Shown here piece after piece: positions 19,098-26,908 of a DNA stretch of 64,000 nucleotides. This DNA comes from Lachnospiraceae bacterium (lineage in GTDB: Bacteria > Bacillota > Clostridia > Lachnospirales > Lachnospiraceae), in assembly GCA_045124055.1 (NCBI GenBank), contig JBGVKZ010000009.1:5049-69048 (forward strand). The letters run 5' to 3'. The notes under the pieces are model-generated. The model had not been told where the DNA came from, did not search any database, and saw nothing but the letters and a program-made list of their open reading frames with translations. Position 1 is the stretch's first letter. Each line of letters opens with the position of its first letter. The translations under genes were made by a program, and so were the position numbers.

Positions 19098-20396
19098 ATG
19101 TTTAAGCAATTATTTGGCAAGTATTTAGTAGAACAAGCAGCATTGACTCCAGAACAATACGCTGAAATATCTGCTCAGCAGGCAGCTACACGCGTTAAGT
19201 TAGGTTTAATTGCAGTAGAAGAAAAATTGTTAACTAAAGAACAGGCCGATGAATTAAATCATTTACAGACACAGATGGATAAACGTTTTGGTGACCTTGC
19301 TGTTGAAAAAGGCTACTTAACAGACGAACAAGTTGGTATGTTACTTAAAAAACAGGGTAATCCATATCTTCAGTTTATTCAGACTTTATCTGAAAGCGGA
19401 TATATTCCACTTTCCAAAATCGATTCATATTTGCTTTCATTCTTAAAAGACAGTAATTTCAGTTCAAAAGATTTGACAGCATTAAAATCAAATGACATCA
19501 CTCAGATTGTTAATATTTTTGTATCTGATGAAGTACCTTATTTACGTGATTTAGTTGGTCTTGCTCTTAGAAATATAACACGTTTTGTTTCTACTGACTT
19601 CTACATTGGAAAAATTGTTCCTGTTAATAGTGTAAAATATAACTGTTTTGCAGGACAGCAGGTAGACGGAGACCATACATACACATTAGGTTTTGCATGT
19701 GAAGCGGATAATTCAGGGCTTTTAACTTTAGCTTCTGGCTATGGCAAAGAACATTTTGCTTCTGTTGGTGCTGATGCTTACGATGCGATTGGAGAATTTT
19801 CAAACTGTATCAATGGTTTATTCGCATCTGAATTAAGTCACAAAGGTATCAACATCGATATGTTACCACCTTTTGGTTACACAGAAGTTACTGTTTCAGG
19901 TGACGGATATGCACTTCCAATTAACATTGAAGGCAAAAACTTAGTATTATACGTTGCTATCGACAGCGATATTCAAATTGATGGTACAACTACAAAGGCG
20001 GAAACTACCGAAGCTACTGCTTCTGCAAATGCAACTGGACCAAAAGTATTAATCGTTGACGATTCAAGAACTTCTCGTAAGATTTTACGTGCTGTGTTAG
20101 AAGAAGCTGGTTACAACGTTGTTGATGAAGCAATTAACGGTGAAGATGGCGTAGAAAAATATAAGAAATATCAGCCAGCTGTTTGCACAATGGATATCAC
20201 AATGCCAGTTATGGATGGTATCGAAGCATTAAAAGCAATTAAATCTTTTGATGAAAACGCAAAAGTTGTTATGCTTACAGCCGCAGGTCAGCAATCTAAA
20301 ATTGTTGAAGCCGTAAAATCCGGTGCTGCCGAGTTCATTACAAAGCCATTTGAAAAAGAAGAAGTAATCAGAACTCTTGCTGAAATCTTGAAATAA
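19098..20396 (+). CDS. three-module signalling protein: T2SSE_N/MshEN-like repeats, CheX-like phosphatase core and CheY-like receiver
   Basis: ATG at 19098, with GGGAG at 19086-19090; the track ORF starts at a TTG at 19092. N-terminus: three 24-aa LGxxLVxxGxLTxEQ..Q repeats. Middle: DAIGEFSN-x21/22-P, the CheC/CheX motif. C-terminus: VLIVDDS...MDITMP...TAAG...KPF. Confidence 0.85.
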   Translation: MFKQLFGKYLVEQAALTPEQYAEISAQQAATRVKLGLIAVEEKLLTKEQADELNHLQTQMDKRFGDLAVEKGYLTDEQVGMLLKKQGNPYLQFIQTLSESGYIPLSKIDSYLLSFLKDSNFSSKDLTALKSNDITQIVNIFVSDEVPYLRDLVGLALRNITRFVSTDFYIGKIVPVNSVKYNCFAGQQVDGDHTYTLGFACEADNSGLLTLASGYGKEHFASVGADAYDAIGEFSNCINGLFASELSHKGINIDMLPPFGYTEVTVSGDGYALPINIEGKNLVLYVAIDSDIQIDGTTTKAETTEATASANATGPKVLIVDDSRTSRKILRAVLEEAGYNVVDEAINGEDGVEKYKKYQPAVCTMDITMPVMDGIEALKAIKSFDENAKVVMLTAAGQQSKIVEAVKSGAAEFITKPFEKEEVIRTLAEILK

Positions 20397-20418
20397 TTAA
20401 AAAGATTAAGATATTTAT

Positions 20419-20452
20419 AAAAATGGACTCTGAATCTCAGAGTCCATTTTTT
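20419..20452. terminator. bidirectional terminator between convergent genes
   Basis: aaaatggactctga (20419-20432) pairs with tcagagtccatttt (20437-20450). A-run and T-run flanks are present. It abuts the spoVAD stop. Confidence 0.65.
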
Positions 20453-21506
20453 ACGCCATTATATGCTCAATAACAACTGCATGTGCAATTCCGGGAACGC
20501 TTTTTCCCTCATTAAAACTTGTTTTACTAAGTAATGCTCCCGTTGGCACAAATAATACTTTTTTCCATTCTCCTGTTTCGATTTTGTGTAATATAAATGC
20601 AGACAAAACCGTAGCAGCACAACCACAACCACTGCCTCCAGATTCTGTTCCTTGCGTATCTGCATCAAAAATTTCAATACCACAATCCATATGATTTGGA
20701 GAAATATCATATCCTTTCTCTTTCAACAATTCAAATAAAATCGTCTGTCCCACAGAACCTAAGTCTCCGGTAATAATTCTGTCGTATTCATCCGGTCTCG
20801 TTTTAAAATCCTGAAAATGAGCGTAAATCGTAGAGGCTGCTGCCGGTGCCATACACGCCCCCATATTCATAGAATCCTTTACTCCATAATCTGTAATAAT
20901 TCCGGTAGTTACTCCGGTAATGATAGCTCTATCATTTTCCCAGGGGGTATCACTTAAGACAAATGCCCCGCTACCTGTCACCGTCCACGTTGCTGATTTT
21001 GGTCTCTGATTTCCATATGCTAAGGGATAACGAAATTCCTTTTCTGCAGAGGCAAAATGACTGGAAGTCACGCATACAAGGGTGTTTGCATAACCAGCAG
21101 CAATAAGCATACTACCTAACGATAAAGATTCCCCACAGGTTGAACAAGCTCCGTATAAACCAAAAAGTGGGCTTTCAAAGTTTTTTAAGCCGAACGATGA
21201 GGCGATGGATTGTCCGAGTAAATCTCCGGATAAAATGTAATCGATATTCTCCTGCTGAATTTTTCCTTTTCCCAAAGCTAGAGTTACTGCTTCTTTTTGC
21301 AATGTACTTTCTGCATCTTCCCAACTATCCATTCCAAAATAGTCGTCTTCACTTATCATATCAAAATAATCCTTAAGACGTCCTTCTCCTTCTTTCTTTC
21401 CTACTACCGAAGAACTGGAATGAATGTAAGCCGGTCTTGGTAATTTGACACTCTGATTGCCGCATCTATTGGATACTATCGTTTCTGTTTGCTGATTTTT
21501 TCCCAT
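20451..21506 (-). CDS. spoVAD: stage V sporulation protein AD (thiolase-like)
   Basis: About 350 aa. SVVGKKEGEG, GDLLGQ and GACSTCGESL (thiolase-like Cys) are typical of SpoVAD. Confidence 0.88.
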   Translation of the reverse strand: MGKNQQTETIVSNRCGNQSVKLPRPAYIHSSSSVVGKKEGEGRLKDYFDMISEDDYFGMDSWEDAESTLQKEAVTLALGKGKIQQENIDYILSGDLLGQSIASSFGLKNFESPLFGLYGACSTCGESLSLGSMLIAAGYANTLVCVTSSHFASAEKEFRYPLAYGNQRPKSATWTVTGSGAFVLSDTPWENDRAIITGVTTGIITDYGVKDSMNMGACMAPAAASTIYAHFQDFKTRPDEYDRIITGDLGSVGQTILFELLKEKGYDISPNHMDCGIEIFDADTQGTESGGSGCGCAATVLSAFILHKIETGEWKKVLFVPTGALLSKTSFNEGKSVPGIAHAVVIEHIMA

Positions 21507-21536
21507 AAAAAAACCTCCGTATACTGATTTAATATC

Positions 21537-21565
21537 AGTATGCCCGAAGGTTTTTCCTTTATTCT
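21537..21565 (-). promoter_or_regulatory. candidate forespore (sigma-G/F-type) promoter of spoVAD
   Basis: The minus strand reads GAATA, a 17-nt spacer, then CATACTG. This is close to the GnATA / CATAnTA forespore consensus and lies about 30 nt upstream of the spoVAD ATG. Confidence 0.3.
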
Positions 21566-21573
21566 TTGTTCAA

Positions 21574-22599
21574 TTATTTTACTTCGTAAATCCAGCCTTC
21601 TGGAGCTTCGATTCTGCCCATCTGGATTCCTGTTAAGGTATCATACAATTTCTTTGTAATCGGACCCATTTCAGTCATACCACTTGGGAAACAGATTTCT
21701 GTGCCGTGGTCAACAATTTTTCCAACTGGTGAAATAACTGCTGCTGTACCACAAAGACCACACTCAGCAAAATCCTTTAATTCATCTTTGTAAACTTCTC
21801 TTTCTTCTACCTCGAGACCTAAATATTCTTTGGCTACTACCATTAAAGAACGTCTTGTAATAGATGGTAAGATACTGCTAGACTTTGGTGTTACAACCTT
21901 ATTGTCTTTTGTAACAAAAAGGAAGTTCGCACCACCTGTTTCTTCTACTTTTGTTCTTGTAGCTGCATCTAAGTACATATTTTCATCGTAACCTTCTTCA
22001 TGAGCAGTTACGATTGCGTGTAAACTCATTGCATAGTTAAGACCGGCTTTGATATGACCTGTTCCGTTTGGAGCGGCTCTATCAAAATCACTAATCTTGA
22101 TTGTAAGTGGTTTTACACCACCTTTAAAATATGGACCTACTGGAGTTCCGAATACACGGAACTGGTATTCTGCTGCTGGCTTAACACCGATTACCGGGTT
22201 TGTACCAAACATATATGGTCTTAAATAGAGAGTTGCACCTGAACCATATGGTGGAACATATGCAGCATTTGCTTTTACTACCTGTGTAACTGCTTCAATG
22301 AACTTTTCCTTTGGGAAAACTGGCATTTCAAGTCTCTTTGCCGAATTTGCCATACGTTCTGCATTTAAGTCAGGACGGAACATAACAATTCTTCCGTCTT
22401 CCGTAGTATAAGCCTTTAATCCTTCAAAAATTGTCTGTGCATACTGTAATACACCTGCACATTCACTAATGGTTACCATAGAATCTTCTGTTAACACACC
22501 ATCGTCCCAAGCACCATCTTTGAAGTTTGATACAAATCTCTTGTCTGTATCAACGTAGCCAAATCCTAAATTGGCCCAGTCGATATTTTTCTTTTCCAT
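21574..22599 (-). CDS. ilvE: branched-chain amino acid aminotransferase
   Basis: 341-aa class-IV aminotransferase. FEGLKAY, YLRP and EETGGANFF-like motifs (EETGGANFLFV) are present. Confidence 0.9.
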   Translation of the reverse strand: MEKKNIDWANLGFGYVDTDKRFVSNFKDGAWDDGVLTEDSMVTISECAGVLQYAQTIFEGLKAYTTEDGRIVMFRPDLNAERMANSAKRLEMPVFPKEKFIEAVTQVVKANAAYVPPYGSGATLYLRPYMFGTNPVIGVKPAAEYQFRVFGTPVGPYFKGGVKPLTIKISDFDRAAPNGTGHIKAGLNYAMSLHAIVTAHEEGYDENMYLDAATRTKVEETGGANFLFVTKDNKVVTPKSSSILPSITRRSLMVVAKEYLGLEVEEREVYKDELKDFAECGLCGTAAVISPVGKIVDHGTEICFPSGMTEMGPITKKLYDTLTGIQMGRIEAPEGWIYEVK

Positions 22600-22617
22600 C
22601 GCTAAGTTGCCTCCAAA

Positions 22618-23049
22618 TTATACTATTGTATCTAAATAAGAGCCTGCTGATATTGTACCAGTCTTCAAACCCATTTCTGTATACATAGCATCGGTTTTTG
22701 ATTCTGCCTCTGCCACAATATCATCCCAAGTTGATGCAAGTACTTTATCAGTTTTTTCTGTCCCTATTTTTTCAACTTCTGTTGTTTTGGTCTCATCAGT
22801 AGCTGTTTTTTCTTCTTCTGCCTTCATATTGAAATAAAATTTCAACAATTTACGATAAGAACCATTTTTAATAGACGCATAATCTCCAAGATTAATTCCG
22901 CCCGAACTACTTGAACCACCCAAAACAGTATTTGTCAGGTCATACATACTGCCTGAACTACCTAACATACTTGTATTCACATTCTGCTTTGTTGAAATTG
23001 ATGAAAACAATGTACTATAATCTGTTTTTGCTCTAATACTAATTGACAT
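22618..23049 (-). CDS. hypothetical protein with a Ser/Gly-rich N-terminal half
   Basis: 143-aa ORF, 18 nt upstream of ilvE. I recognise no family. Confidence 0.55.
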   Translation of the reverse strand: MSISIRAKTDYSTLFSSISTKQNVNTSMLGSSGSMYDLTNTVLGGSSSSGGINLGDYASIKNGSYRKLLKFYFNMKAEEEKTATDETKTTEVEKIGTEKTDKVLASTWDDIVAEAESKTDAMYTEMGLKTGTISAGSYLDTIV

Positions 23050-23110
23050 CTTGTCACTCTCCCATCTATATTGTCATCCTTGACCCTTAGTTCCACCTTT
23101 ATTATAGAAC

Positions 23111-23143
23111 AAAAAAAGTAGTCTTGCAATACGCAAGACCACT
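23111..23143 (-). terminator. rho-independent terminator after the 61-aa ORF
   Basis: The minus strand reads gtcttgc-gtatt-gcaagac (plus-strand coordinates 23121-23139), followed by T7. Confidence 0.6.
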
Positions 23144-23167
23144 TATGTTGCAAAGAAATTTTATTTT

Positions 23168-23353
23168 TTAGAATACAATATAATTGGTATCCAGATTAGC
23201 TTTCGTAACTAAAATTCTGCAATTTGCGTTAATCGTAAGCCAAAACATATCATTGGCACTTTCCTCTACATCTACGGTATCCCCTTTACGCAAGCTGATA
23301 ATTACTCCATCACATGGTGTGTAAATCAAATCATTTTTTGTCATTGCAGTCAT
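23168..23353 (-). CDS. small hypothetical protein
   Basis: 61-aa ORF with its own terminator and an AAAGGTAGG RBS-like stretch. I recognise no family. Confidence 0.5.
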   Translation of the reverse strand: MTAMTKNDLIYTPCDGVIISLRKGDTVDVEESANDMFWLTINANCRILVTKANLDTNYIVF

Positions 23354-23467
23354 TTTTAGTTCCTACCTTTCTTACTCTCTAGCTTTTGACGTGTACGCTA
23401 AGTATATCATAGAAAGCCAAAAAATCAAATCAAAAATTGATATTTTATAGTAAATTTTTACTATTTT

Positions 23468-25378
23468 TTAAGAGGCGTAGTTTTCCCATTCCTCCATTAG
23501 CGAAAGAAGTTTTTCTTCTGATTCATCAATTTTGCTCTGTAATTCCTGTAATTTTGTATAATTAGAGGAATTTTCCGGTAAAGTAAGCTGAGTTTTTAGT
23601 TCTTCTATATTTTCTTCCAGACCGGCAATCTCATTTTCCAACTTTTCTAATTTTCGTCGACGTTTAGATTCTTCTTTGCCAGGATTATAATTCTTTGGCT
23701 TTTCTATTTTTTCTTCCTTATCATTTCCGTTTTCTCTGGTAAATTGCATTTCTTCCAGGTATCTGGCATTACGCTGGACATTTTTTTCTTCATATTCGTC
23801 GTAACCATAGGCATAATATTCCACATGCCCATTTTCTAACACCAGCAATTCGTCTGCAATGCGTTTCACAAAGTATCGGTCGTGGGAAACAAATAGCACT
23901 GTTCCTTCATAATCTAAAAGCATCTGTTCTAAAGTTTCCTTGCCAATAATATCCATATGGTTCGTCGGTTCGTCGAAAATCAGCACATTGGGGCTTGTTT
24001 TGAATATTTTACAAAGTGCCAGACGGACTTTTTCTCCACCAGATAGCATATCCACCCTTTTAAATACATCATCTCCAGTAAATAGAAAAGCTGCCAGTTC
24101 GTTTCTGACTTCAGTCTGAGTCAATGTTGGAAACTCGTCCCAATAATCCTCAATTACCTGTTTATCGCTGGTATACTGAGCCATTTGCTGGTCAAAATAC
24201 CCTATTTCGACCTTTGGTCCAAAGGAAAACTCTCCTCCAAGTGCATTGACTTTTCCAGTCAGTGTCTTGAGTAAGGTTGACTTACCAATTCCATTTCCCC
24301 CGATAATGCCATATTTTCTCCCTTTTTTCACTTCCATAGAAATGGTGGCAAGCGGGGTCTCATATCCTATGACTAAATTTCGAATACTCAGTACATCTTT
24401 CCCCGTTTCTACCCTTGGGGTCAAATTGGTATGAAAAGATTTGGTATCGAAATTATCCGGCATTTCAATTTTATCCATATGTTCTATCTGTTTTAATTTA
24501 GAACGGGTCATTGCTACTTTACTAGGCTTATTTTTGAATCTGTCTACCAAATCATTTAGTCGCTCAATTTCTGCCTGCTGTGCCTTATAGTCTTTGAGTT
24601 GTTTCTCATAATTTTGTTTCTTTTGTTCCATAAAAGAAGAATAATTTCCAGGATATCTTGTGGTTTTCTTATATTCGATTTCATAGACTACATCTACAAT
24701 TCTATCCAAAAACATTCTATCGTGAGATACAATGACTACGGCTCTTTTATAATCTTTCAAATATTGCTCCAGCCACTCGATAGTACGCATATCCAAATGG
24801 TTGGTAGGTTCGTCCAAAAGTAAAATATCCGGTTTACTTAAAAGCATTTTTACAAAGGCAATCTTTGTCTGTTGTCCTCCGGAAAATTCTTCTAACGGCT
24901 TTTTCTTATCTTCCTCAGTAAAACCAAATTCTTTTAATACAACTTCATATTCCTTTTCAAAATAGTAGCCACCCAAATACACAAACTGGTCGTGAAGGGT
25001 CGTATACATTTTGATATTTGCCTCAGAAGGTTCTTTTTCCATAAAAAGCCTTTTTTCCTCTAATTCCTTCTGCATAGTAAGAATCTTGGAAAAAGCCTTC
25101 CGCACTTCTTCTTCCATCGTGATGGTCTTGTCTTCAAATGCCATCTGCTTTAAATATGCAATTTCAGGATTACCGCTTTTGACGATAAAAATATCTTCAT
25201 CACTGTCTCTTTTATGTAAATCTACTTCCCCAGCAATCAGTTTCAAGAGAGTGGTTTTTCCGCAACCATTTCTGCCTACAATGGCAATTTTTTCTGTATT
25301 TTTTATATCAAAATTTACGTCCTGTAAAATAATATCTGCCCCAAAGGCTACTGCTCCATGTTGTATCTTGTACTGCAT
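23468..25378 (-). CDS. ABC-F family ATPase (translation factor / ribosome-associated type)
   Basis: Two ABC cassettes and no TM helices (GRNGCGKTT...LLLDEPTNHLD; GGNGIGKST...LIFDEPTNHMD), an inter-domain linker and a C-terminal coiled-coil tail. Confidence 0.9.
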   Translation of the reverse strand: MQYKIQHGAVAFGADIILQDVNFDIKNTEKIAIVGRNGCGKTTLLKLIAGEVDLHKRDSDEDIFIVKSGNPEIAYLKQMAFEDKTITMEEEVRKAFSKILTMQKELEEKRLFMEKEPSEANIKMYTTLHDQFVYLGGYYFEKEYEVVLKEFGFTEEDKKKPLEEFSGGQQTKIAFVKMLLSKPDILLLDEPTNHLDMRTIEWLEQYLKDYKRAVVIVSHDRMFLDRIVDVVYEIEYKKTTRYPGNYSSFMEQKKQNYEKQLKDYKAQQAEIERLNDLVDRFKNKPSKVAMTRSKLKQIEHMDKIEMPDNFDTKSFHTNLTPRVETGKDVLSIRNLVIGYETPLATISMEVKKGRKYGIIGGNGIGKSTLLKTLTGKVNALGGEFSFGPKVEIGYFDQQMAQYTSDKQVIEDYWDEFPTLTQTEVRNELAAFLFTGDDVFKRVDMLSGGEKVRLALCKIFKTSPNVLIFDEPTNHMDIIGKETLEQMLLDYEGTVLFVSHDRYFVKRIADELLVLENGHVEYYAYGYDEYEEKNVQRNARYLEEMQFTRENGNDKEEKIEKPKNYNPGKEESKRRRKLEKLENEIAGLEENIEELKTQLTLPENSSNYTKLQELQSKIDESEEKLLSLMEEWENYAS

Positions 25379-25459
25379 GATTTACTCCTCGTTATATGTT
25401 TCCCTGTAACATCTAAGGCTCATTATATCAAATGCGGAAAAATAAGGCAAAGTCTTTAT

Positions 25460-25488
25460 TGTCAACATTTTATTTTGCACGGTTGACA
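25460..25488. promoter_or_regulatory. candidate BirA operator upstream of bioY
   Basis: Perfect dyad TGTCAAC-N15-GTTGACA. The right arm overlaps a TTGACA -35-like hexamer about 60 nt upstream of bioY. The geometry matches Firmicute BirA sites of the form TGTnAAC-N14/15-GTTnACA. Confidence 0.55.
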
Positions 25489-25546
25489 TCCCCTTGAATT
25501 CCCTTTATTCTAGCTATATAGACCTATGTGAAAGGATATTTATTGT

Positions 25547-26098
25547 ATGAAATCCACAACAAAAGACCTGGTTTTTATAGCATTATCTACAACTATTATT
25601 ATCGTTTGTTCATTTATAACCATTCCCTTTTATGTTCCTTTTACAATGCAGACTTTTGCGATTTTTACAATTATTGGACTACTGGGGACAAAAAAGGCCT
25701 TTCTATCGGTGGCTATCTATCTTCTTTTGGGGGCAATCGGCCTACCGGTCTTTTCCGGTTTTCAAGGTGGAATTGGAAGTCTTTTTGGGGTAACGGGCGG
25801 ATACCTATTTGGCTTTTTACTGACTACCTTTCTTACCGGTGGATTACTTAATTTCTTTCAAAAAAGAAAAAATCTGACTTCCTTTTGTTACTTTTTTTCT
25901 ATGTTACTTGGACTACTTGTGTGCTACGCGTTTGGTACAACGTGGTATCTTCTTATATACACAAACAGCACAGGAAGTATTTCCATTACCTCTGTGCTGT
26001 CACTATGCGTTTTTCCGTTCATTTTGCCGGATATTTTAAAACTTACTCTTTCAATGTATGTTACAAAGGTGTTAAAAAAACACCTGTACAAATTATAA
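25547..26098 (+). CDS. bioY: biotin transporter BioY (ECF S-component)
   Basis: 183-aa, 6-TM protein. ITIPFYVPFTMQTFAIF...GGYLFGF is typical of BioY. Confidence 0.88.
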   Translation: MKSTTKDLVFIALSTTIIIVCSFITIPFYVPFTMQTFAIFTIIGLLGTKKAFLSVAIYLLLGAIGLPVFSGFQGGIGSLFGVTGGYLFGFLLTTFLTGGLLNFFQKRKNLTSFCYFFSMLLGLLVCYAFGTTWYLLIYTNSTGSISITSVLSLCVFPFILPDILKLTLSMYVTKVLKKHLYKL

Positions 26099-26123
26099 AA
26101 AACTCCAAAGATTCTTTGTCCGT

Positions 26124-26906
26124 TTACTCTTTTTTCAAAATATCTAAGGTATGTGCCGCAGCACCAATTAAATCCATTCTCTCACAGGTTGCCAAATGAT
26201 ATTGGATAAAATAGTCAAATTCTTCTTCGTCCATTTGATTTAATACCGGGCGAAGATAATTCGCCGGACCATCTGGAGAGATGATTTTTATTCTTTTTAA
26301 GCCCGATTCTTCTACCAACTTCGTAATTTCCTCCAGCCTCATATAGTCATATAAGTCTTTTTCATCTGAAATAGTGCGAAAGGTATCTGTAAAACGATTA
26401 TCTCTAATGCATTCTTTCAAATGCTTTTCCTTAAAAGCATAAGTAATAACGCTGTATTCATTCATACAATAGGCAACTAAAATAACGCCACCTTTTTTTG
26501 TCACACGCTTAGCTTCGTTTAATGCCTGCATCTTTTTTTCAAATCCAAACAAATGATACATAGGTCCAAATAGTAAGGTTACGTCAAAGGTTTCGTCCTG
26601 TAATTTGGACAATTTTAATGCATTTCCCTGCATTGCTTTGACACTACTATTCTTTTTCTTTAAAATGCCCAAATTGTATTTTACCAATTCTACCGCCGTT
26701 ACATCATAGCCTTCCTCGGCAAGTGCCACAGAATATCTTCCGGTTCCCGCCCCGATATCCAATATTTTAATTTCTGATGCCTCTTTTTCTTTTGGCAGAT
26801 AGCTATGTATGTATTTCATAGAAGTAATAAATTCTACCTGACCATGTCTGGAATTTAGACGTTTCTCTTCGTTGAATTTGTTATAGTATTGTTCTAATTC
26901 TGTCAT
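26124..26906 (-). CDS. class I SAM-dependent methyltransferase
   Basis: Motif I ILDIGAGTGRYS and a post-I acidic residue (VTAVE). Confidence 0.85.
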   Translation of the reverse strand: MTELEQYYNKFNEEKRLNSRHGQVEFITSMKYIHSYLPKEKEASEIKILDIGAGTGRYSVALAEEGYDVTAVELVKYNLGILKKKNSSVKAMQGNALKLSKLQDETFDVTLLFGPMYHLFGFEKKMQALNEAKRVTKKGGVILVAYCMNEYSVITYAFKEKHLKECIRDNRFTDTFRTISDEKDLYDYMRLEEITKLVEESGLKRIKIISPDGPANYLRPVLNQMDEEEFDYFIQYHLATCERMDLIGAAAHTLDILKKE

Positions 26907-26908
26907 TT

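Noticed and set aside
25528-25851. Alternative-frame ORF overlapping bioY
   Set aside because: The 25547-26098 frame gives a canonical BioY. The other frame has no TM logic and an odd Y/N/F-rich composition.
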